In this document: positions 1 through 6,959 of the stretch, piece after piece | Numbering within the stretch: position 1 is the stretch's first letter | How the letters are laid out: the number at the start of each line of letters is the position of its first letter | NCBI GenBank assembly: GCA_938091905.1 | Contig: CALKOM010000072.1 | Location: 1 to 12,956 of the forward strand | Direction: 5' to 3' | Origin: an uncultured Verrucomicrobiales bacterium | GTDB lineage: Bacteria; Verrucomicrobiota; Verrucomicrobiia; Verrucomicrobiales; DEV007 | DNA: 12,956 nucleotides | Position numbers and translations under genes: made by a program | Notes under the pieces: model-generated | What the model was told of the DNA's origin: nothing | Database searches by the model: none | What the model saw: the letters and a program-made list of their open reading frames with translations, nothing else

Positions 1-114
1 GCAGGACCCGCTTGGTGCTCGACTGATGAAGTGGGCAGTGACACAATCGTGTGGGCAAGGAAAGTTGACCTCGCCGATCCACTAGCGCTGGCCAATGCTC
101 CAAGCTATTCATAG
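1..114 (+). CDS. Possible 3' end of an unidentified gene entering from the left edge
   Basis: Frame 1 is open from base 1 to TAG at 112-114 (AGPAWCSTDEVGSDTIVWARKVDLADPLALANAPSYS*) and is followed by a hairpin at 123-148. No recognisable motif; minus-strand frames are also open here, so the strand is uncertain. Confidence 0.2.
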   Translation, partial: AGPAWCSTDEVGSDTIVWARKVDLADPLALANAPSYS

Positions 115-122
115 CTAGTTTC

Positions 123-148
123 CGGGTAATTACTTCGCGTTTTACCCG
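123..148. terminator. Weak stem-loop, possible terminator
   Basis: CGGGTAA (123-129) and TTACCCG (142-148) form a 7-bp inverted repeat with a 12-nt loop. No clean U-tract. Confidence 0.2.
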
Positions 149-381
149 CATCTTCTCGCGGTTCCAAGTAAACACTTTCTTAACCTATCCCCGACTTTAA
201 GGCCAGGCATAAGCAAGAATTGCAATGAATCGCTTAGCAAACTGGCTATTCAACCATCTCGGCGATCATTATGTCATGCATTTCCTATGGCACCCGGTCA
301 GACCGTTACAGAAAGACAGTAGATTTTGTTGAGGGCGTGTCGACCAGTATTCGGTATCGCCGCCGGACGCTCCGAGTAAGC

Positions 382-936
382 TTAGATGAGTTCGTGGAAC
401 CTTGCTTGGATCTGACCCTGCCACTTTTCCAAGTAGAGGAACTCGCGGCAGAGAGCACTGGCTTCTTGAAGATCGAGAGACGCTTCCAGAGCGGGTAGCT
501 TCGACTCTGCTTCGTCCAACCGTTCGTTGACGGTATGCATGGCCTTTCCAAGTGCTTGCTGAGTGGTGAGCAGCTTGGGTGCGAGAAGCGCCTCGGCCAG
601 CATGGTCGTGGCCTTGGACTTCTTGGCTAGAAAGCCGTCGGCAGATTGGAGTGTGCTTCCAACGATTGTGAAGAGATCGAGCAGGCCTTCTGGCAGCGTT
701 CCTTTGAGTTCAAAGGCGTTGCCATAGCGTGACTGGAGGAGCGCTTTTAAGCGGCCACCGGCTGTTGAGAGTGCTTGGTAGGCTTGATTGATTTCCGCGA
801 ACTGTTTGCTGTCATCCGAGCCGTTGCTTTGCTGGTCTGGATGATGGGTTCGGCTTAGTTCTTGGAAACGTACCTTCACCTCTTCGTTGTTGAGTGAGGT
901 ACACTCGGGCAGATCGAGGACCACAAAGGGATTCAT
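382..936 (-). CDS. hscB: HscB-like J-domain co-chaperone (184 aa)
   Basis: N-terminal J-domain (MNPFVVLDLP...RFQELSRTHHPD...FAEINQAYQALS...RLKALL) with intact HPD, then a helical C-terminal domain ending in ...FLYLEKWQGQI, as in HscB. It lies directly downstream of an A-type Fe-S carrier. Start moved from 990 to ATG 936, which removes the overlap with the upstream gene (10-nt gap). Confidence 0.75.
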   Translation of the reverse strand: MNPFVVLDLPECTSLNNEEVKVRFQELSRTHHPDQQSNGSDDSKQFAEINQAYQALSTAGGRLKALLQSRYGNAFELKGTLPEGLLDLFTIVGSTLQSADGFLAKKSKATTMLAEALLAPKLLTTQQALGKAMHTVNERLDEAESKLPALEASLDLQEASALCREFLYLEKWQGQIQARFHELI

Positions 937-946
937 GGCAGGTCTG

Positions 947-1309
947 TTAGGCTGCAAAGCTTTCGCCACAGGAGCACGTGACAATCGCATTGGGGTTGCT
1001 TACTTTAAAGCCGCCAGCTTGAAGATCCTCGCTGAAGTCGAGTTCAGAGCCACTCACAAAGAGCGCACTCTTTGGGTCAATGACCACGCGGACGCCACCA
1101 GATTGAACCATGATGTCGCGATTGGCTGGGCCATCTACGAGATCCATTTGATACTGTAATCCAGAGCAGCCACCTCCAATCACGGCAACACGAAGCGCCC
1201 CATTCTCAGCGCGCCCTTGCTTTGTCAGGAGGCCGGTGAGGCGATCTGCGGCCGAGGGAAGTACCTTGATGAGCTTCTCGTTGCCGACTTTGTAGTTCAC
1301 TTCTGCCAT
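947..1309 (-). CDS. iscA: A-type iron-sulfur cluster carrier (HesB/IscA/SufA/ErpA family)
   Basis: LRVAVIGGGCSGLQY and C-terminal NPNAIVTCSCGESF supply the three conserved Cys. GGAG RBS-like sequence about 12 nt upstream of the ATG. Family is secure; IscA vs ErpA vs SufA subtype is not resolved. Confidence 0.93.
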   Translation of the reverse strand: MAEVNYKVGNEKLIKVLPSAADRLTGLLTKQGRAENGALRVAVIGGGCSGLQYQMDLVDGPANRDIMVQSGGVRVVIDPKSALFVSGSELDFSEDLQAGGFKVSNPNAIVTCSCGESFAA

Positions 1310-1355
1310 GGTAGGGAATTCTCCGTGACGAAACGAGGGCGGGAACGCTTGTCAA

Positions 1356-1505
1356 TCAATCATCTTTGCGTGCCTTGCTCATCTGGCACTGATCGCCGCA
1401 AGTGGAGCTAGGGCAGGACCCCTTTCCACGTTTAGCCAGGGCCAAGCGTGTAAGATAGATGATGGCTGCCAAAAGGACGAGGCTGACGAGGATGGTATCG
1501 ATCAT
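1356..1505 (-). CDS. FeoB-associated Cys-rich small membrane protein (49 aa), absent from the ORF track
   Basis: Manual translation: MIDTILVSLVLLAAIIYLTRLALAKRGKGSCPSSTCGDQCQMSKARKDD*. One hydrophobic helix, a basic KRGK patch and a C-x4-C-x3-C tail, downstream of feoB on the same strand; this matches the architecture of FeoB-associated Cys-rich membrane proteins. Confidence 0.85.
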   Translation of the reverse strand: MIDTILVSLVLLAAIIYLTRLALAKRGKGSCPSSTCGDQCQMSKARKDD

Positions 1506-1561
1506 GGGTGCGAGCTGCTATGTTCACTTAGGCGTGTTTGATCACTTTTGCGCTTATGAAC

Positions 1562-1664
1562 CACGGGTTGCAAACCCGTGCTACACGAAGCACGGGCCAC
1601 GTGTTGCAACCCCGTGCTACTTTTGGAAAAGGTGTTTGTTCGTGGCACCGGTTTGTAACCCGGT
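1562..1664. repeat. Cluster of three 23-bp GTAG-type REP-like palindromes plus a partial copy
   Basis: 1562-1584 reads GTAGCACGGGTTTGCAACCCGTG on minus; 1598-1620 reads GTAGCACGGGGTTGCAACACGTG on minus; 1642-1664 reads GTGGCACCGGTTTGTAACCCGGT on plus; partial AGCACGGG at 1589-1596. Each full copy is a GTAG/GTGG tetramer followed by an imperfect hairpin, and all are intergenic. Confidence 0.8.
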
Positions 1665-1719
1665 CGCTTTCTGCTCTGTCCTTGCCACAGCTCATGCTGA
1701 GTGGGTTTTCAAACAAACG

Positions 1720-3921
1720 TTAACCTAGCAGGTTTCCGATTTGAAAGCAAAGGACCGCACCGAGCCAGGCCAGTGCGGTCATGTAGGCAAATGAGAACAC
1801 GGCCCAACTCGTGCCTGCTTCCTTCTTAATAATGGCGAGTGTCGCGCCGCATTGCGAACAAAGGGCGAAGAAGACCATGATGCCCATGACGACGGGGATG
1901 GTGAATACGGCTTGTCCGATCAGTGGACCTTCATGCCACGTAGCCCCCTTGAGCGCGTCCTGAAGGCTATGGCTCTCTTCGTCCACTTCGCCGCCAAGAG
2001 AATAGATCACCCCCAAAGTCGAAATGATCACCTCACGCGCTGGGAAGCTTGCTAGCACGCCCACGGTGATTCGCCAATCGAAACCGGCCGAGGCAAAGAT
2101 GGGCTGGACGGTGCGCCCCATGCGTCCCATCCAGCTTTGCTCAAGGTAGGCACTATCGATGGCCTGGCCAAGGGCTGCTGCCTGGTCTTCGTCTGCTTGA
2201 ATTTGTTCAAGTGTAAGTCCCTGAACCGCTATGAACTGTTGGGTGGTCACTTCTTCCACCGCACTTGAGTGTGGGAAATAGAGCAGGGCCCAGATGATGA
2301 TCGTGATAGCAAAGATGACAGTGCCTGCACGTTTCACGAACTCGACCCCGCTTTCCCACATGCGCCAGGCAATGTCGGTGAACTTGGGCACATGATAGCG
2401 AGGCATTTCCAGGACAAACGGCTGTGGTCTTGTCTTCAACAGGAACTTGTTAAATAGCCAGACTAAGGGTAGCGCCACGGCGAGGCCGAGGAAGTGCATG
2501 GCGAAGAGGGTGAGGCTGGCGACAAAGGGGCCGTGCTCTGGCTCGATGAACGCTCCAATCAAGAGCACATACACTGGCAACCGTGCCGAGCAGCTCATGA
2601 GTGGCGCAATGAGAATAGTGGCGAGGCGTGCTTTGGGATCCTCGATCGTTCGCGTGGCCATGATACCAGGCACGGCACAGGCGTAGCTTGAGAGTAGAGG
2701 AACGAAGCTCCTTCCGTTCAGCCCGCACCAGCTAAACATCTTGTCCATGAGGAAGGCGGCCCGCGCCATGTAGCCCGTGTCTTCTAGCAAAGCGATAAAA
2801 AAGAACAACACGAGGATCTGTGGTAGAAACACAAGGAAGGCTCCGACACCCTCGATCGCCGCATCGACGACGAGGCTCTGAAGCATGGGGGTGCTCGAGA
2901 GCATGGGCGCGATCCAGTCTTGCAGGCTTCCTTTGCCCCATTCGATGAGGTCCATCATGGGGCCAGCCCCGGTGTAGACCGACAGGAAGACAACATACAT
3001 GATCGCAGCAAAGATGGCCAAGCCCCAGCCTCGATGAACTAGGAGGCGATCAATGGATTCAGAGTGCTGCTTTGGAAGTTCGCCTGCTCGATTGACCACG
3101 CTCTCGGTCAGGGTATTGAGATGCTCGTATTGCAGTAGCGGTTCTGCGGCCATGGGATTGAACCCACCCGATTGCACGATACGCCGGGCCTTCTCAACAG
3201 AAGCACGGCGAGTGTCATCGTCCCAATCAAGGCGTTCTGCTAGAGCGGAGTTGGCATCGAAGAGGAGTCTGTGAATTTCGGCGTCTGAGAGCGATTCGCT
3301 CACGCCTTCTGGCATGTCGGCTCTCAGGGTGCAGGTCGCTTCAGTGACCGCTTCTGGCCAATCAATCGGCTTGAGCTGCTTTGGCGAGACTAACGTTTTG
3401 TCGATCGCGTTGACTACGGCTGTGGCGCTGGCCTTCTTTGTCGCCACACATGGGATGACAGGCACGCCGAGTCGTTGCTCTAGCAAGTCAATGTCAATTT
3501 GTAGACCTTGCTTCTGCGCCAAGTCCCACTGATTGAGGAGGACGATCATGGGAATCTCCAACTCAGCGATCTGCGAAGCCAGGAAGAGATTGCGAACGAC
3601 GTTCGTGGCATCGATCATGCAAACGACGAGGTTGGGCTTGGGTAAACCATGCACTTGGCCGCTCAACACATCGACCACGATGCGTTCGTCGAGCGACGTA
3701 GCGGCCAAACTATAAGTGCCGGGGAGATCTATCAGTTCCGCCGTACCTTTTGGCAGCGGAAGGACGCCGACTTTCTTCGAGACGGTGACACCGGGATAGT
3801 TGCCCACGCGTTGTCGTAGGCCCGTCAATAGGTTGAAGAGCGTGGTCTTCCCAATGTTTGGATTTCCCACCAAGGCTACTTGGGCAGGGGAGTCCTTGGA
3901 CAAGGCGGTGCTATCGGCCAC
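1720..3921 (-). CDS. feoB: Ferrous iron transport protein B
   Basis: GTPase motifs GNPNIGKT, VGNYPGVTV, DLPGTYSL and NQWD; membrane-domain motifs LEDTGYMARAAFLMD, SYACAVPGIMATRTI, PLMSCSARLPVY, FVLEMPRY, AREVIISTL and LCSQCGATL. GTG start, 733 aa. Confidence 0.98.
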   Translation of the reverse strand: MADSTALSKDSPAQVALVGNPNIGKTTLFNLLTGLRQRVGNYPGVTVSKKVGVLPLPKGTAELIDLPGTYSLAATSLDERIVVDVLSGQVHGLPKPNLVVCMIDATNVVRNLFLASQIAELEIPMIVLLNQWDLAQKQGLQIDIDLLEQRLGVPVIPCVATKKASATAVVNAIDKTLVSPKQLKPIDWPEAVTEATCTLRADMPEGVSESLSDAEIHRLLFDANSALAERLDWDDDTRRASVEKARRIVQSGGFNPMAAEPLLQYEHLNTLTESVVNRAGELPKQHSESIDRLLVHRGWGLAIFAAIMYVVFLSVYTGAGPMMDLIEWGKGSLQDWIAPMLSSTPMLQSLVVDAAIEGVGAFLVFLPQILVLFFFIALLEDTGYMARAAFLMDKMFSWCGLNGRSFVPLLSSYACAVPGIMATRTIEDPKARLATILIAPLMSCSARLPVYVLLIGAFIEPEHGPFVASLTLFAMHFLGLAVALPLVWLFNKFLLKTRPQPFVLEMPRYHVPKFTDIAWRMWESGVEFVKRAGTVIFAITIIIWALLYFPHSSAVEEVTTQQFIAVQGLTLEQIQADEDQAAALGQAIDSAYLEQSWMGRMGRTVQPIFASAGFDWRITVGVLASFPAREVIISTLGVIYSLGGEVDEESHSLQDALKGATWHEGPLIGQAVFTIPVVMGIMVFFALCSQCGATLAIIKKEAGTSWAVFSFAYMTALAWLGAVLCFQIGNLLG

Positions 3922-3941
3922 AGTGGCTGAGGATCATGGCC

Positions 3942-4172
3942 TTAAGCAGATTCTAAACGGACACTGTTCGCTTCCGTGCGGCGCAGGCTCACGCAGCGGC
4001 CATCAAACTCAACCGCAATGGGATCTCCTAGAGGCGCGACTCGGATTTTGCGGACCTCCACGCCTGGAATGAGCCCCATTACCATGAGCCGTTGATCGGT
4101 CGCGTTGCATTGATCGTACGCCTTAACGCGTGCAGCCTGGCCGATAGGGAGAGTCGAGAGAGTTGCGTCCAT
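3942..4172 (-). CDS. feoA: Ferrous iron transport protein A (76 aa)
   Basis: TLSTLPIGQAARV...QRLMVMGLIPGVEV...VAPLGDPIAV...SLRRTEA is the FeoA signature, 20 nt upstream of feoB. Start set at ATG 4172; the longer TTG-started extension would run through the operator palindrome. Confidence 0.95.
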   Translation of the reverse strand: MDATLSTLPIGQAARVKAYDQCNATDQRLMVMGLIPGVEVRKIRVAPLGDPIAVEFDGRCVSLRRTEANSVRLESA

Positions 4173-4185
4173 GAGGTTCTGCAAT

Positions 4186-4200
4186 TGAGACTCAGTCTCA
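4186..4200. promoter_or_regulatory. Fur-family-like 7-1-7 operator upstream of feoA
   Basis: Perfect palindrome TGAGACT-C-AGTCTCA with AT-rich flanks, 13 nt before the feoA ATG. Each arm matches 5/7 positions of the TGATAAT-N-ATTATCA Fur core. Confidence 0.72.
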
Positions 4201-4257
4201 TTAATGTGAAGTGGCACCTCCCGCAAGGGCTTTCTCTGGTTCCAAGCAACGATTTCT

Positions 4258-4998
4258 CTAGTTTGAGGAGGCAGGCTTGCTCGAAAATTTCCCCGTTAAC
4301 CGCTTTATCTTGATATTGCGGAACTGGACGATCATCTCATCGCCGCTGTGCAATTGGAACCCTATGTAGCCTTTGTGGATCAACTCCTTGGGATCGTAGT
4401 CGATCACTTCAGAGGCCAGCTTGCCATTGATGGAAAAATAGAGGCGGTCGTCTTTCGCCACAATGTGAACTTCATTCCAATCTTTCTTCTTCACGTCAGC
4501 AGGCTCTAGTGTCTCCTCGAGTTTTGTTAGAGTACGCTCACCGTTCACGCCGAAAGTTGCGCGATAGCCACGATTGACCAAGGTATCGCCACGCTTGCTA
4601 CCGTGCCAGTCCCAGGCTCCCAGCACCTTGTGCCCGATGCCGACGTGGCCGAAGTCCGCATGGTAGCCCCGCAGTCGTTCACTCCTCTCGTCTGGCAAAT
4701 GACTCCGCACTTGGACGCCTGAGTTGGCCTCTTCTGACAGAAACCGATACTCCAGTTTGAGTTCGAAATTACTAAAGGCGGTTTGAGTGAAGGCTAGGTA
4801 AGATTCGGGGCCACCGTTGCTCTCGCCGTGAATGAGGCCATCCTGAATGGACCAAGCGGTCGAGGTCTCTTCCGGAAAGGCTTTCCAGCCCGTGAGCGTC
4901 TTTCCATCGAATATCGGCTGGAATGTCGACTCCTGGGCGACACCTCCAATGATGGATCCAAAGAGAAGCCAGAGAACGAGGATTATGGCTTGGTTCAT
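4258..4998 (-). CDS. Secreted DUF1080 family protein (3-keto-glycoside hydrolase/hydratase-like)
   Basis: Signal peptide (MNQAIILVLWLLFGSIIGGVA-QE), then IFDGKTLTGW, WSIQDGLI, NFELKLEY, NSGVQVR, WNEVHI and GYIGFQLH...VQFRNIKIK, all typical of DUF1080. Confidence 0.9.
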   Translation of the reverse strand: MNQAIILVLWLLFGSIIGGVAQESTFQPIFDGKTLTGWKAFPEETSTAWSIQDGLIHGESNGGPESYLAFTQTAFSNFELKLEYRFLSEEANSGVQVRSHLPDERSERLRGYHADFGHVGIGHKVLGAWDWHGSKRGDTLVNRGYRATFGVNGERTLTKLEETLEPADVKKKDWNEVHIVAKDDRLYFSINGKLASEVIDYDPKELIHKGYIGFQLHSGDEMIVQFRNIKIKRLTGKFSSKPASSN

Positions 4999-5127
4999 AC
5001 GAGTTAAAGAATCAGGATTTCCCGGCTGTGTGGCAAGAGAATCTCTTGGGACCCTGGCCGTCTCTCACACGGCTGGAAATCCGCTTGAATTGTCATCGGC
5101 ATTCCCGACGATTGTAGCCGTTAATCT

Positions 5128-6147
5128 ATGAGTAAGACACCTACAGGACATTTCGCTGGACTCGACATTGGCGGTTCCACCATTAAGGCCATGCTCGTCA
5201 ACGGCAAAGGCGAGCAAGTGGGCGAGCTGGTCGAAGTGAAGAGCCGTGTCGATGAGGGCTATCCGAAGACTTTTGACCAGCTGCAGGCCGCGCTCGAAGC
5301 GCTCCTAACGGACGGTGGTGTCACCTTAGATCAGATCGAGGGGATCGGTCTCGACGTGCCTGCGCCATGCTCGAATGGCGTCATTTGGGGAAAAGCGAAC
5401 CTATCGCCCGACTGGGTTGGCACCAATATCTGTGAGGAGTTCTCCAAGATCATTGGAAAGCCTGTAACCATGACAAACGACGGTAATGCGGCGGCTTTCG
5501 GCGAATTTCTCATGCGTCCCAACTTGGAAACTGGTTTGCTCTTCATTGCTCCAGGGACGGGGCTGGCTGGAGGGCTGGTCCTCCCTGGGGGCTATCTATA
5601 TGAGGGGGCGAATGGCCTTGCCATGGAAACCGGTGCTGTGTCTGTGCCATTTCGCGAGGGTAGTGAGTTGCCAACCGATGCCAATGGACGTGAGGGGACC
5701 CTCGAAGCCTGGGTTTCGCTCATTGCCATCCGTCGCCAACTTGAAGTGAAGCTCAAGTCCAAGAATTACGCCAATCATCCGCTGAATCAGGAAGACTCCA
5801 CCATCAAGGAGAAGGCCTTCAAATTACGCGACTTTGCAACGGACGGAGATGGGCTGGCCTTGGATATCTTTCGTAAGCAGGCTCAGGTGTTAGGATATGC
5901 GATCGGTGATCAGTGTAGCCAACTTGATCCGGGTCTCATCGTCATCGGAGGTGGCCTGGCAGAGACGAAGTTTCGGGATTGGTATTTGCAAGAAGTGCGT
6001 CGCGGATTCCAGCGTCGTGCCTCGCCGTTCTACCAACAGAGCCCGATTCCTCCTCACGAACCGACCACTCAGTTCGAGTGGGCCATTGGTGGAGATGCCG
6101 CAGCTGCCTTTGGGGTCGCGCGCAAGGCGCACAAGGAACTCGGTTAG
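5128..6147 (+). CDS. ROK family protein, probable sugar kinase (no HTH)
   Basis: N-terminal ATP-binding GLDIGGSTIK, NDGNAAAFGE, PGTGLAGG, LDPGLIVIGGGLA and C-terminal GDAAAAFG. No N-terminal DNA-binding domain. Confidence 0.9.
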   Translation: MSKTPTGHFAGLDIGGSTIKAMLVNGKGEQVGELVEVKSRVDEGYPKTFDQLQAALEALLTDGGVTLDQIEGIGLDVPAPCSNGVIWGKANLSPDWVGTNICEEFSKIIGKPVTMTNDGNAAAFGEFLMRPNLETGLLFIAPGTGLAGGLVLPGGYLYEGANGLAMETGAVSVPFREGSELPTDANGREGTLEAWVSLIAIRRQLEVKLKSKNYANHPLNQEDSTIKEKAFKLRDFATDGDGLALDIFRKQAQVLGYAIGDQCSQLDPGLIVIGGGLAETKFRDWYLQEVRRGFQRRASPFYQQSPIPPHEPTTQFEWAIGGDAAAAFGVARKAHKELG

Positions 6148-6776
6148 TTCCCGAGGACTTCGATCGTGATGTCCTTGTACCAGGCCTCGCTTGGAGCGCC
6201 GCTATGGATTTGTAGGCCAATGAGGCCCTCTTGTTTGATGGTATCGTCAGGCTCAGTGTAGTCGACGGTCACTTCGCCATTGAGTCTCAAGACAACGCGT
6301 TTGCCTTCGCAGCGAATCTCATAGGTATTCCAATCGTTCGGCTTCACGATGCGATCTAACAGTTTTAGATCGGCTTGGGCCAACACCTTGCGGCGCCGTG
6401 ATTCGTCATAGAGGCAGCCCCAGTATTTCTGACCCATGTCGGCTTGGTACCCGATCATTTCATGATGATCTGGAATACGCTCCGAACGAATTTGCACACC
6501 TGCATTGGGATCTTTCCCGAGGAGTTTGAACTTAAGCCGAAGCACGAAATCCTTGTATGATTTCTTTGAGGTGAGGAAGGCGTTGTTGGGAATCTTCTCT
6601 TTGAGACTGCCACCCACGATGGCGCCATCCTCGATGCGGAACATCTTCTCGGTATCACCTTCCCATCCTTCGAAGGACTTGCCATCGAAGAGAGACAAGG
6701 GCTTGGGCGCCTCTCTGGCGACCGGCAGGAGAATGAGGGTAAGAAGTGTGGTGAGGCAAATGAAGGGCAGTTTCAT
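6144..6776 (-). CDS. Secreted DUF1080 family protein
   Basis: Signal peptide, LFDGKSFEGWEG, DFVLRLKFK, NAGVQIRS, GYQADMG, WNTYEIRCEG and GLIGLQIHSG...WYKDITI. Its stop overlaps the convergent ROK stop at TTAG 6144-6147. Confidence 0.92.
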   Translation of the reverse strand: MKLPFICLTTLLTLILLPVAREAPKPLSLFDGKSFEGWEGDTEKMFRIEDGAIVGGSLKEKIPNNAFLTSKKSYKDFVLRLKFKLLGKDPNAGVQIRSERIPDHHEMIGYQADMGQKYWGCLYDESRRRKVLAQADLKLLDRIVKPNDWNTYEIRCEGKRVVLRLNGEVTVDYTEPDDTIKQEGLIGLQIHSGAPSEAWYKDITIEVLGN

Positions 6777-6924
6777 GGTGTCAGAGTGCGTTGAAACCCA
6801 CTATCGCGTCCAGGCGAAAGGGGTGTGACTGAGAGTAGTGGGCAACTCACCCTCGAGGGGAGACTCAGAGAATGCGGCAAGCTACGGGTGTGTCCACCAC
6901 ATGTGATCACACCCATGCGAAGGC

Positions 6925-6952
6925 TTGCACTCGTCACGCGACGCTCTAAGCT
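6925..6952 (+). promoter_or_regulatory. Putative sigma70-type promoter for a leaderless TPR-gene transcript
   Basis: TTGCAC (6925-6930), 16-nt spacer, TAAGCT (6947-6952), then 7 nt to ATG 6960 with no Shine-Dalgarno sequence. Confidence 0.45.
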
Positions 6953-6959
6953 TCACGCG

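Noticed and set aside
271..551. ORFs 271..498 (+) and 306..551 (-)
   Set aside because: Both overlap the well-supported hscB-like gene and show no recognisable motifs.
1562..1664. Possible mini-CRISPR array
   Set aside because: Only 2-3 units, mixed orientation, spacers of 13 and 21 nt, and no cas genes; REP architecture fits better.
1459..1728. ORFs 1459..1728, 1528..1716 and 1538..1723 with repeated peptides (RVANPCY/RVATPCY)
   Set aside because: The peptide repeats are translations of the REP palindromes, and the longest ORF overlaps the Cys-rich peptide gene on the opposite strand.
3911..3937. Out-of-frame ATG upstream of feoB (MILSHCGR*), suggesting a frameshifted start or leader peptide
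   Set aside because: The in-frame GTG at 3921 gives a normal FeoB N-terminus, and an 8-codon ORF is expected by chance.
6144..6147. Overlapping stop codons of the convergent ROK and DUF1080 genes
   Set aside because: Real, but a common feature of compact bacterial genomes.
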